From contig MU058217.1 in assembly GCA_013265495.1 (NCBI GenBank), forward strand, positions 372,001 through 436,000: 64,000 bases of DNA. Reading direction: 5' to 3'. Below are positions 13,066 to 23,662 of this stretch, piece by piece. Both the position numbers and the translations under genes were made by a program. The first letter of the stretch is position 1. The number at the start of each line of letters is the position of its first letter. Below the pieces are notes generated by a model that was not told the origin of the DNA, ran no database searches, and saw nothing but the letters and a program-made list of their open reading frames with translations. The DNA comes from Vicugna vicugna (taxonomy: Eukaryota).

Positions 13066-16000
13066 ACATGCGGCTGGGGGTCCTGCCGAGGAGGGGCTGG
13101 GGGCCCCACGGAGAGGAAGTGGCGCCCCTGCCGTGGGGGCTGCTGCCAGGCGGAGCCTCCCTCCCACCCGCTCTCCTGGTCCCCCGAGGAGAGGGGACAG
13201 TGATGCCAGGAGGGCGGCCTGGACGGCCCCTTTGGGAGCTCTCCATAGTTCCCAGGCCGAGGAGATGGAACCACAGCCCTGCCCTTGTCTCCGAGGCTGA
13301 AGCCCCCTAATCCTGTGCTGTGCTTGCCACTCCGAGAACAAACTGAGGCTGGAACTCTGGTCCCTGCTGAGCACCACAGGGTCCCCTCCCCACCCAGAGC
13401 CGGTTGTGTCACACGCTTGTGCCCCTGGAAGCCCCAAGGCCCCTCCTCCAGCTGGCCCCCCTGTCCCCAGGGCTTTGGAGGGGCAGGGGAGGGAGGTCTC
13501 TGTCTCAAAACCGAGTGTCAGGATCGGAATCATGGATAGAAGCCACCATTCAGCTCAACAGCCCACACCCAGAATCCTTTGCAACCCTCCTCTCTGATTT
13601 TTCCCTGTTGCATTCCGGGAGCCCACATCCTGGCTCTTCTCTGCTCCTTTTCATCATTGGGAGTCTTGGGAAGAAGGCCTGGCCCCTGTCTTCCCAGACT
13701 GACCCAGCCTAGAGAGGTCAGGATGGAACTACCTCACTCAGCAAATTAGCCCCAAGTCGGAGCATCAAATCCTGTTTCCTAATAGATCAGGCATCCTCTG
13801 TCAAGTCCCCTCTCTGGACATCCCCGTCCACTCAACCTGCAGCCTCTTCCTCCAGGAAGCTCCCTCCTCCCACCCTTGCCCATCCCAGGGGCTGGTTCAG
13901 TCCCACGAGGGAGATGGGTGGGTGGGGTAAGTCTCTGTCACCCCCCAGATGGCTCCACCTGCTTGTGCCCGGCGGGGTTGGGACCACTGTCCTTTGTGTG
14001 GCTTTCACTGGTGGGTACCATACAGGCACCGTAGACCCTCAAGTCCACAGTACATGTCGCCTTCCAGGCAGTCGGCCGCCTCGGCCTCTCAGCCCCTTCT
14101 GCACGTTCCAGAGCCCTGCACGGAGCCCCTGCTTGGCGCTGGTACCATCCTGCCCTTTCCCCGCCTCCCGATTCCTGGAGAAGCCTGGGATGAGTGTGAC
14201 CTGGGAAGCTTTTGGCCCTGTCTCACTCATCACTTTCTCCCTTTACAGAACCACAGCAGACACGTTCTCCGCCATGTTAAATCTTGAGACTCAGCTCAAG
14301 GGGACCAGAAGAAGAAAGGGGCTGAGGGAGGTCACACTGCTAGCAAAGGGCAGATTTCTAGCCTGGAACCTGTGTCCTGAAAACCCATCTCTCTTGTTAA
14401 GCTTTCCTGTTGATTACTTTGGATGTACAGATCCCATACGTCCCCCAAAGGGCAGAAGTCAAAGAGCACAAATCACTGGTCTTTCTCTCCGTCTTACATG
14501 CTGGTAACTGATGACTCGTTAATCTTCTCTCTCATTGAGTCAGAATGGCGCCGCCATAGTTTATCACAGAAAAGATGCCAAATATCCTACAGCAAACCAA
14601 GCTCGGCCACTTTTATTAAAACGTCCCAACCAGAAAGCTCACCATGAAGGCCTTCAAGGCGAAGGCCTGCAGGACGGGTCTGTGTGTCTGGTGCGGAGAA
14701 CCACTCCTTCCAGGTGTGAGGTTGGGCCGTGACACCAGCTGTCAGTTTGGGGATATATATTCCTTGGTTTCTTTCAAAAAAAAAAAAATGGGTGCTAGTA
14801 GCAGTCGCTTTGTGGCTTGGTAAACTAATTTGTGGATGGTTTTTAAACATTCAAAGCCAGTAGCCTTGTTATTAACACAGATATTTTGAGTGTGATGTGG
14901 CTCGTGGATTTTGTTTCCTCCTTCCCATCTGAGGATTCCAGAGCCTTCTGTTCTTCCCTGGACCTCTCTTGCCTCTTCCAGGGCAGCCCGGGCTGGCCCA
15001 GTGCGGGCCAGTCTGCGTTCTGAAGTCATTTCTTCCGCCTCATCCCCTCCCCTTGGTCTCATTAGCTCCTCCACATACTTCTTTTCCTTTTTCCTTCCCT
15101 CCTTCATTCATCATCAAGCATTTAGCTAAGTCTGGGCCATGTGCTAAGATCTGAGGACAAGAAGTGGCCCTATCATCAGGGAAGCCCACGATCTCTTGTT
15201 TTGTGTGGACTTGTCTTTCTCCAGGGCCCTGCGGCTCGGTGACCTTGGCCTTCACACACGGGCACCCTGTGCAGTTTTGGTTTGCCGCGATACTGTCTGT
15301 TGCGCTGACAGCTCTCTGTCCATTCATTCACTCCTTCATCCTATTACTCGGCAGACACTTGGGGCGAGCCAGGCGTTGTGTGGGTGCGTACAGGACAGGC
15401 ACTCCCCACGTCCCCTCTGTTCTCCACGTGGACAGGGGGATGTTCAGACCCTCCTGGAGAAGAACAACTTTGCACCCTTCCGCATTTAACCTACGGGGAG
15501 CCTGTACTCGTCATACAAACTACTGCCACGTGGCATTTCCCCAAGGACGGAAAAGCCAGACCCTCACAGCTCACATCCAACTCATATTTCAGAGATTTCC
15601 TTTCCCCTCGCTTTACAAAGAGGAAGAATGAAACCCAAGGATGGCCACTGAGAGCCATGAAGTGAGTGGTGATTTACAAGCTGGGCTGGAGCTGAAGGTC
15701 CAGGCCCCTGTTCCAGTGTTAACAGGGCTCCGCCTCTGGGCGAAATCGAGATTTGGATGAAGTCTGGAATATCTAAAGGGGCGCTTCGGCGTGGCGCTCT
15801 GCGGTTTCAGTTTAGTTTGGTTGGGTTTCTGTTTTGGTGTTTAGGTTATAAGGGGGTTTGCCTGGCTTTAATCAGAGTGAGCCGCTCCGGGTTATTCTTG
15901 AGCACATCCATGGTTCCCTTCCTGAGAGCAGGTGAGCCTCTCCTACCTGCCTCTGCCTGGGAGACATGGGTGCTGCTTCGTTTTGTTGTGAAAACCTGAT

Positions 16001-16570
16001 GGTTTAAAAACATAGTCTCTAAGACAAAAGTGAGCTGGTTGCCGTGACAGCCTGAACCACAGAGACGGCTGTGCTGAGGGTCTGCCACGGGACCCCTCTG
16101 GGCTCCTTTCTACTCCAGCCGACGCCTGTTGGCCGGGATAGGGTTGCGTTTCTGCGGGAGGAGACACTTATCCCCACGGTGGGGCTGATTAACGCCTAAA
16201 GCAAACAGAAGCTGTGTACACATTCAGGAACCAGGGGTTTGCTTCTACTCCCTTTGTGAAAACCAGTCCATTCCTAGATTAGGGGATGGGTGCATAGAGA
16301 TCTTGGCAGAGCCAAAGTCCCTTCTTGGAAATACAAGCCATAAAATTCAAAGGACGTCAAAGACCTCGGCTTGTTTAAGTGATTTTGCTTCCTGCTGTGA
16401 GTGGCCTTGACAAGGAGCGTTTAAACAGGCTCCTGCAGACCTGCTGGGGATGATGTAGGTAGGGGAAGCACTGGACAGATGCTAGGTGGGGGACAGACCA
16501 GCAGCACGCAGCCTTAGCCAGCGTGCAGTCTCGTTCCCACATCCTCCCCACCCCGACAAGAGCCACTGCC

Positions 16571-16990
16571 TTTTCTTCTTCCAGGTTTATTGAGGTATTT
16601 AATGTACAGTACTGGAAGTTTACTGACATACAGTAAAGTTCGCCCACTTGAAGTGTATGGGTCAATGAATTTGGACAAATTTATGCAGTCTTGTAACCAC
16701 CACCAAAATCAACACATTTCCATCACTCCCAGAAATGCCTTCAGGCGTCTTTGATGTCGATCCCCTCCTCCCAGCCCCAGCGCCAGGCAGACACTGATGG
16801 ATTTTGTGACTCTGGAGTTCTGCCTTTTCCAGAACGTCCTAAAAGTGGAGTCACACTGATGCAGCCTTCAAGTCTGGCTTCCTTCACTCAGCTTGATGCC
16901 TCTAAGTCACCGCGTTGTGTGTCAGTAGTTGGTTCCCTCGCATCTCCGTCTCCAAGCTGTCTTCCGTCCATTGCCTGGGGGCACCCACTG
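16571..16990 (-). mobile_element. Old L1 (L1MB/MC-like) 3' end inside the GAS7 3' UTR
   Basis: tttattgaggta...aagtgta...gaatttggacaaat...gtaaccaccacc...catttccatcactcccagaa pattern. Confidence 0.7.
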
Positions 16991-18716
16991 CTTCCTTGCT
17001 TTTAAAACGAGTTGTTTGTCCCCAGAGTCCCCAGCCCAGGCTCTCCAGCTTGTTTGTAAGCCTACTTCCACCTGCTGTGCCCACGAGTGGTTCTTGGGGC
17101 TCACACTTGCTTATGGGGTTCATTTTAGGTTTCTGACAATGCAAAAAGTGGCCAGGGGTCGGGACAGGATCTGGCAGGGTCTCCGCTACACCCTGAAGCT
17201 TGTATCTCAGCTGGCAGATCCACTAGCTCCCGGGGACCCTCCCCTCCCTTCAACCCGCACAGTCCCAGCCATCTGTTGAGCGTTAGAGGGTGAAGATGGA
17301 GGCAGCGTGGATGAGACGGCAGGGGCTCACCAACCTTTCCTGGGTCTCTGCTGTTAACACTGTTCAGGCTCTCGGTGTGATCCCCAGGGTCGTGACCCCT
17401 CCAAGCCATATCTTGATTGTGCCCTGCTCAGTGAAAGGTGAACCCCGGAAAGCAACCAGGCACCTCTCCTAGCAAATGGAAGGCATTCCTGGGTCCAGGC
17501 CGGGTGAGGGTGTGGGTCATGGAGCTCAGGTCTCAGGGTCCCATGTTGCTAGGATGCTTCTGGGTTGAATTTTCCCCTTCATCCCCCCGGAGCACTCTGT
17601 CTGGCCTTTCCTGAAGGTGAGGGACCCAACTCTTTCCTGATTTGGGTGAGAATAAGCAGGGGACAGAGCCCATGTTCCGTCTCCCCTGAGCCTCCAGATG
17701 CTGGGGCGTGGCTGCGTGGAGCCCTGGTCGGGAGGCGCCTCTGAGGGAGAGGGGTTGTGACACCCTTGCACCTCTGAATGCTGTTCAGGGGAACGGACCC
17801 TTTGGTGTCTGAGGGAAGTTCCTAACGGGACTGCAGTGGGGGAGGCAGGCAGGCACCTGGGTGCTCTGATGCGGGCAGTGTGACATGGGGGCGAGGAAGG
17901 GAAGGAGGTACCCGGGCAAGGGCACCGACTGGCCCCATTCTGCTGTCTCATTTGTCCTGTAACCTGAAGTTAAGCCACGTCCCCTCCTGGGACCTCTGTT
18001 CTCTGCCTAGTGGAGGTGCTCCGCACCCAGCGTCGCGAGCCGCAGCAGCCGGCTCTCGGGACCGTGGCCTCCGGGCAGCCAGGTGGACCCAGGGACTGTC
18101 ATTCAAAGGGACACCAGCCATCCTTGGTGACAGGGGCCCCACAGCTGCATCTCTGCCCTTCCCTTAGGAAGGAGATGATGGGGGTGGGGGGCAGCCCTTT
18201 CACAGACGCGAGCACATCAGCAAACCCCATGACAAACCCCACGAACGTGGGATTTTCTAACAGACTTGCTTGTTTGCTGTTTTCTGTAACTTTTGCTAAA
18301 TACTTTATACATTTTTAATGTTAAAATGCTGCGTCTCCTGCCAGCAATCCTCATCCCGGTATGAATGTGTTTACTCCACATTGTATATCCTTCCATCCCC
18401 GGCTGCCTAGATCAGTAAATAAAATCGATGTGCTATAATTTATAAGTAACACTGTTGAAACTCTGATCCCTATGGAGGCTGTAATCCGCCCTTCCCACCC
18501 TCTCCCCACCCCACCCCCACCCCCACCCCTGTAATAGCATTTGTGTGTATTGATGCTGACAAATTAAATGTTTAAAAGAGTTTAAATTTTGAAGGCATTT
18601 GCTATATATAATTGTTCTGCATTATGATAGAGCATTTTCAGGAAGTTAAATGCTCTCATTTTTTTCCCCTTTGGCTTTGTGTGTACACTTGAGATGCTTA
18701 GCTTCATCCCATGTAA

Positions 18717-18722
18717 AATAAA
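18717..18722 (+). terminator. Candidate GAS7 distal polyadenylation signal (second AATAAA at 18418-18423)
   Basis: AATAAA at the end of the AU-rich block, with upstream TGTA elements. Confidence 0.6.
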
Positions 18723-19029
18723 CTGTCCAGAGACACTGAGTCGTCCCGCTGGGCGACCCTCCTTCCTGGAGGACTGCCACACTCCCTTCTGTACGAATGG
18801 GCTCAGCGTTGCTCCCAGACTCCCGGGCTGCGTGATTTTATTTTTACCCCTGATGACTTAGCAGGGGAATAGAGGACACCTGGGCATTGACCCCCAGCGG
18901 GGTATCACGTTGCCAAAACCACACCCCTGGCCCTGGCCCCAGTCCCCTCCCCTGTGGACAGAAGGTTTCCTGCCTGTTGTTTCTTTTCCCATCCATCTGT
19001 CCATCCATTCATCCACCCATGCATCCGTC

Positions 19030-19770
19030 TGTCCGCCTATCCATCCATGCAGTAATTACAGACCACCACGGTGAGCCAGACACTGCTCTAGGTACTGGGA
19101 ACACATCCGTGGTTAAAACAGATCAAGAACCTTGACCTCATAGAACTTCCTTTCTAGCAGTAAGAGACAGACTCACGGAATTGTGTAGTGTAGATGTAGA
19201 AGATGCTGGGTGTTACAGAGACAGACAGGGCGGAGTGAGGGGGATCGGTGGTCTCGGGTGAGAGAGGGTTAGCTGCAGCATGAGGTGGGGTGACTGGGGT
19301 GGCCTCATTGCGCAGGTGGCATTTGATCCAAGACGGGATTCCTGGGAGGAAGCCCAGCAGGCAGCTGGGGGAAGAATGTTCCAGGCAGAGGAGGTGGCCT
19401 GGTTAAAGGCCAGAGGCACCTACTTGTTGGAGACCAGTGTGGCTAGAGCAGAGGGGTGGGGGCGGGGCAGCTTCTCCAGGGCCTCTCGGGCCATCGAAGG
19501 CCTTTGACTTTCACTTGGGGGGGTCGGAGCCGAGAGGCGCACGGCCTGACGTCCTTGCTGTTGGGCTCGCTGTACGTCCAGGGGACGGTGCCAGCAGGGG
19601 TGGTGACGTGGAGGCAGGGACAATGGTCGGGTTCTGGATGTGCTTTGAAGGTGGAGCCGACACGATCTCTAGGCAGATTAGAGTGGGGTGTGACAGAGAG
19701 GCACTGGGGTGGCTCCGAGGACTTCAGTCCAAGCAACCGAAAGGAGGGACTGCTATTTACCGGGATGGGG
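19030..19770 (-). mobile_element. L2 LINE remnant
   Basis: ccagacactgctctaggtactggga...aatgttccaggcagagg...gactttcactt, typical of L2; preceded by (CCAT)n. Confidence 0.65.
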
Positions 19771-22479
19771 ACAGCCATGGGAGGAGGGTTCTTCCCCCTC
19801 CTCTGCCTCCCACCCACCCTCTCCAAGCCCCTTTTCCCCCCCGAGGGCAGACTTGTGGGCAGGCTCTGGCTCCAGGCTGGCGTGGAAGGGCTCTCTGTCC
19901 TTCAGCTCCTAACAGGGGTGGGAAGAGGCATGGGGTGGTGGCTGGGGGACTCTTGGCTTGGGACGCAACAGGGCCAGCCTCTGGGAAGAGCCCGCTTCTT
20001 TCCGTCATGGTGGGACCCAGATGGGGAGTCACCAGCTGAGATTCACTGGCCAGAGCTGAGGCCTTCTTCCCAGTGGTCTCTGGGGTTTGGGGAGAGTTTA
20101 TGGCCCCAGTTCAGACTTAACAAATCCATTCACAATACATCATCTCCAACAACTTGTTTGGCTAAGGGGAATAAACTCTCCCTCTGATAGAAGATGTTTA
20201 CGCAGGTTTTCAAACAAACCTCCAGGTCATGACCTCTCTCTCAGCAGCATCAACACAGCTGCCAGTGGTCCCCCCGCGCCGGGCCCTTCGCAGGCACGGC
20301 AGGCAGCCGGGAGGAGTGGATGTACCTGGTCTGGCTCCTCCTCCTCGCCCTCAGGGAGGACAGAAGGGACTGAAGGGCGTCGGCCGCCTTCTGTGTGAAC
20401 CCGGGGCCCTGTCTCCTTGCCCGTGGCCTCCTCTGTTGTCACAGCAACCCAGCCGCTCACCTCCGGAAACGCATCTTCTCACCCCTTCTGCTCAGGCCTC
20501 CTTGGGAAGGGAGGCGACTGTAACTCGTGAAAACAGCTCTGAGCAGGGAGGCTCGCCTCCCGGCTTTGTCATTTAGCAACCGTGTGACATAGGCAGGCAA
20601 CATCCTTTTGCAGCTTGGTTTCTTCCTGCAACGCTGGCCTCACCTCACCTACAGGCTCGGTGTGGACACCCAGGAGGCGCTTCTAATCGCCTGCCGGGCC
20701 AGGTTTGGCGGCCTCTGGCCTCACTGGCATGGCCTGCGTCTTGCTTGTGCGTTTGTTTTTGAGTCCAGTCAGCAACTGTCCTGGTTCTAACCACTCTTGA
20801 GAACCAATGCCTTGCTGTGGGTAGTGAAAAGCTAGAGAAAGAGAAAGGGTTTCTTTTAAGAAATGATATGCTCTCACAAACTGGTGGGGAAAAACACTAA
20901 GTACACACACTCACACATGCCCACAACATTAAGGCTTCCTGAGAAGGACTCTGGCCTCGCAGTGGCTGGGGTGGGTGGGAGGGATGGGTCAGCACATCGG
21001 TGCCTGAGCGTCTCAGTCCTTCCTGAGTGACGTCGCGGGGAGGGGTGGCAGGTGGCTTTCTCTCAGCAACAGGGACATGCTTTCCCCTGCTGCTAGACTG
21101 TTATGAAATAGAATACAAACCCCAATTCTCCTGCCTAGACATTGCGGGCTTTAATTTTGTAGTTACCGCCCCTGGACAAAGCGGAGCCATCTTTCCTATC
21201 CAAGATGGTGGTTCTGGGGTCCCAGGCGTTATGCTTAGCCACGCCAGGACGCACCAACCTTTCCTCTGGGTGGTGCGATTTAAGGTACCTATTCATGAGG
21301 GTTCTCCCTGTGGCCTGAGCTGACTGAGGGGTGGAAGCCTTCCCTGGCTGAGCCCTGCTCTCCTATTTACCCATTCATTCACTTGACAGCATGGACTGTT
21401 GTCTGCCAGCTCCTGGCACCAGGCTTGGTTGCAAACTGACGACCTGCAGGCTGGAACAGCCACAGAGAAGCTGTATTTGGCCCACACCAGGTTTTTGAAA
21501 ATTTTGAAATGGCTCTCAACATTTAAAAGTTTGGCAATTGCATCTAGCAGTTGGTTTCCCTTGGATTATCAAAAAGAAATCGAGTAACACTGGGCCATCG
21601 TCCCTTATGACCACATTCATATGGAATTGAACATTGGCCGTCCCCTGCATGTACGGCACAGGCCTCACCACTCCCTACGGCCTCCCCGACCCACCTGCTT
21701 CACTTGCACACCCTGCCTGCGGGCCCCTGGAGACAGCTGAGTCCCTGTGGTAGGCGAAGAATGACAACGGCCAGTAGATACTGAGCTCTCACTCCGTGCC
21801 GGGCTCAGTTCTAAGTGTGCTGCACATGTTGGCTCATTTCAGCCCCACGGTAACAATGAGGTAGACACCACTGTTACTGCCGTCCGCTCGGGGGATAGTC
21901 ACTGAGGGCCCAAAGCTGCCAGGCACCAGTCTGGGCAATGGAGACGCCGTGGAGAACAAAGCAGACAGAACCCCAGCCTCCACGGGGCTCTCGTTCTGCC
22001 AAGCACAGACAACACCGAGAATAAACAGTCAGTCAGGTGTACTCGTGAGGGAGAACCACCGAGCAGGAGAAAGTTGGGGGCGTGCCGATGCTTGGGGGTA
22101 GGGGTGCTATGGTAAATAGAGTGCTCAGTATAGGCGCTGCTAAGAAGGTGACATTTAAGGGAAGCTGTGAGAGATTAGAAGCGCATTCTCGGCAGAGACA
22201 GGTTAAGAAACGTGCCTGGGGTCACACAGCTAGTACCTGCAAAGCTGGGATTTGAACCAAAGCTGGTTCCAGAGCGTGGCTCCTAATTACTGCATTACAG
22301 GGCCATCTCTGCCTCTGAGGTCCTCAGAGTAAGGGCAGATGGCAGCCAGGGAGCATCGGTGCTGCCAGAGAGCCAGAGGCAGAGGTGGGCTGGGGCAGGG
22401 ATGGACCAGGGGCAGCAGGAAAGGCCTCGGCCGGAGGCTTCCACTCTGAAGATTCTACCCCTTGCCCAGTCCTGCCAGG

Positions 22480-22640
22480 AGGCCGAGGTGGATTGACCTC
22501 CCGCTGTCAGCTCTTTATTTTAATCTCAGGGGGCGTCTAGGAGCTTGTCTCCCGCCTCCAGCTCCAGGCCCCTCCTCCCTCCAAGTGCTGGGGTGAACCC
22601 GCCACAAATCCGCCTAATCCACCAGCCTCTCAGGGTCTGA
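22480..22640 (+). promoter_or_regulatory. RCVRN proximal promoter with CRX/OTX (K50 homeodomain)-type sites
   Basis: GGATTG/TGACCT 22490-22499, TAATCT 22521-22526 and CTAATCC 22614-22620, 130-260 nt upstream of the ATG of a photoreceptor gene. Confidence 0.65.
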
Positions 22641-22747
22641 CCGTCCCCAGTGGCACCCAGCCCGGCAGCCGGGAGACTCGGTCACTCCCACCTCCCCGCC
22701 CGCCCGCCCAGCAGCGACTGCCCGGCCGGGCCCAGGCCGCCTCACCC

Positions 22748-23128
22748 ATGGGGAACAGCAAGAGCGGGGCGCTGTCCAAGGAGATCCTGGAGGAGCTGCA
22801 GCTGAACACCAAGTTCACGGAGGAGGAGCTGAGTACCTGGTACCAGTCCTTCCGGAAGGAGTGTCCCAGCGGCCGCATCACCCGGCAGGAGTTCCAGAGC
22901 ATCTACTCCAAGTTCTTCCCCGAGGCCGACCCCAAGGCCTACGCCCAGCATGTGTTCCGCAGCTTCGATGCCAACAGCGATGGCACCCTGGACTTCAAGG
23001 AGTACGTCATCGCCCTGCACATGACCACCGCGGGCAAGACCAACCAGAAGCTGGAGTGGGCCTTCTCCCTCTACGACGTGGACGGCAATGGCACCATCAG
23101 CAAGAGCGAAGTGCTGGAGATCGTCACG
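22748..23128 (+). CDS. RCVRN: Recoverin exon 1 (N-myristoylation motif, EF1-EF3)
   Basis: cccATGg context; MGNSKSGALSKEILEEL..., CPSG motif, EF loops DANSDGTLDFKE and DVDGNGTISKSE; donor acg|GTcagt; 381 nt. Confidence 0.98.
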
Positions 23129-23437
23129 GTCAGTGCTGGCCTCTGGGCTTCCAGCTCTGGGGGCCGGGCTCTCCACTGGGGGGCGGGGCTGCAGCGGGGT
23201 GGGGCCCAGGCTTTGTGACTCGGTGGCCCTGAGAGCGTGGTGGGGGGGGTCCGATGTTAATGAGGGGCACTTACCCATGGCTTCGTTTTCTTCCTACAGA
23301 AGAATCGGGGCATCTCCTAGTATTTATCTTTTCGTTTCCGTCCTGCCTTCTTTCCCTCCCAGCTTCCTTCCTTTCTCCACGAGAAAGTCCTTCAAAACCT
23401 TCAACAGGACACATGCTGGCTCTTTCACAAGTCATTT

Positions 23438-23662
23438 TGCGGGGGAGGGGATTAGGTCTATTTATTTACTTATTTATTTTAAGGGTGGTCCTGGGGATCG
23501 AACCCAGGGCCTCGTGCGTGCTAAGCATGCGCTCTACCACTTGAGCTATACCCTGCCCTCTTTAAAAAAGTTTTTTTCTAATGAGGGTACTGGGAATTGA
23601 ACCCAGGACCTCACACACGCTAAGCATATGCCCAACCACTGGGCTATACACTCACCCTCCCC
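23438..23662 (-). mobile_element. Two head-to-tail tRNA-derived SINE units in RCVRN intron 1
   Basis: Units at about 23440-23560 and 23570-23662; perfect TSD CACAAGTCATTT at 23426-23437 and 23663-23674. Confidence 0.88.

Larger units (their letters stand above)
13066..18745 (+). other. GAS7: Probable long GAS7 3' UTR (~5.7 kb)
   Basis: Runs from the stop to an AU-rich block (about 18250-18740) with AATAAA at 18418 and 18717; GAS7 is recalled to have a multi-kb 3' UTR; exact end inferred. Confidence 0.65.

Noticed and set aside
19437..20187. 200-aa and 243-aa ORFs between GAS7 and RCVRN as a new gene
   Set aside because: They begin in an L2 remnant, are G-rich, use non-ATG starts, and lack splice or domain evidence.
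23104..23106. Recoverin EF3 loop reads ISKSE rather than the recalled ISKNE
   Set aside because: Loop position 11 does not coordinate Ca2+; the ligand positions are intact.
22630..23278. Antisense and alternate-frame ORFs over RCVRN exon 1 (178 aa, 123 aa, 90 aa)
   Set aside because: Shadow ORFs caused by high GC3 codon bias in the real exon; no recognisable protein features.
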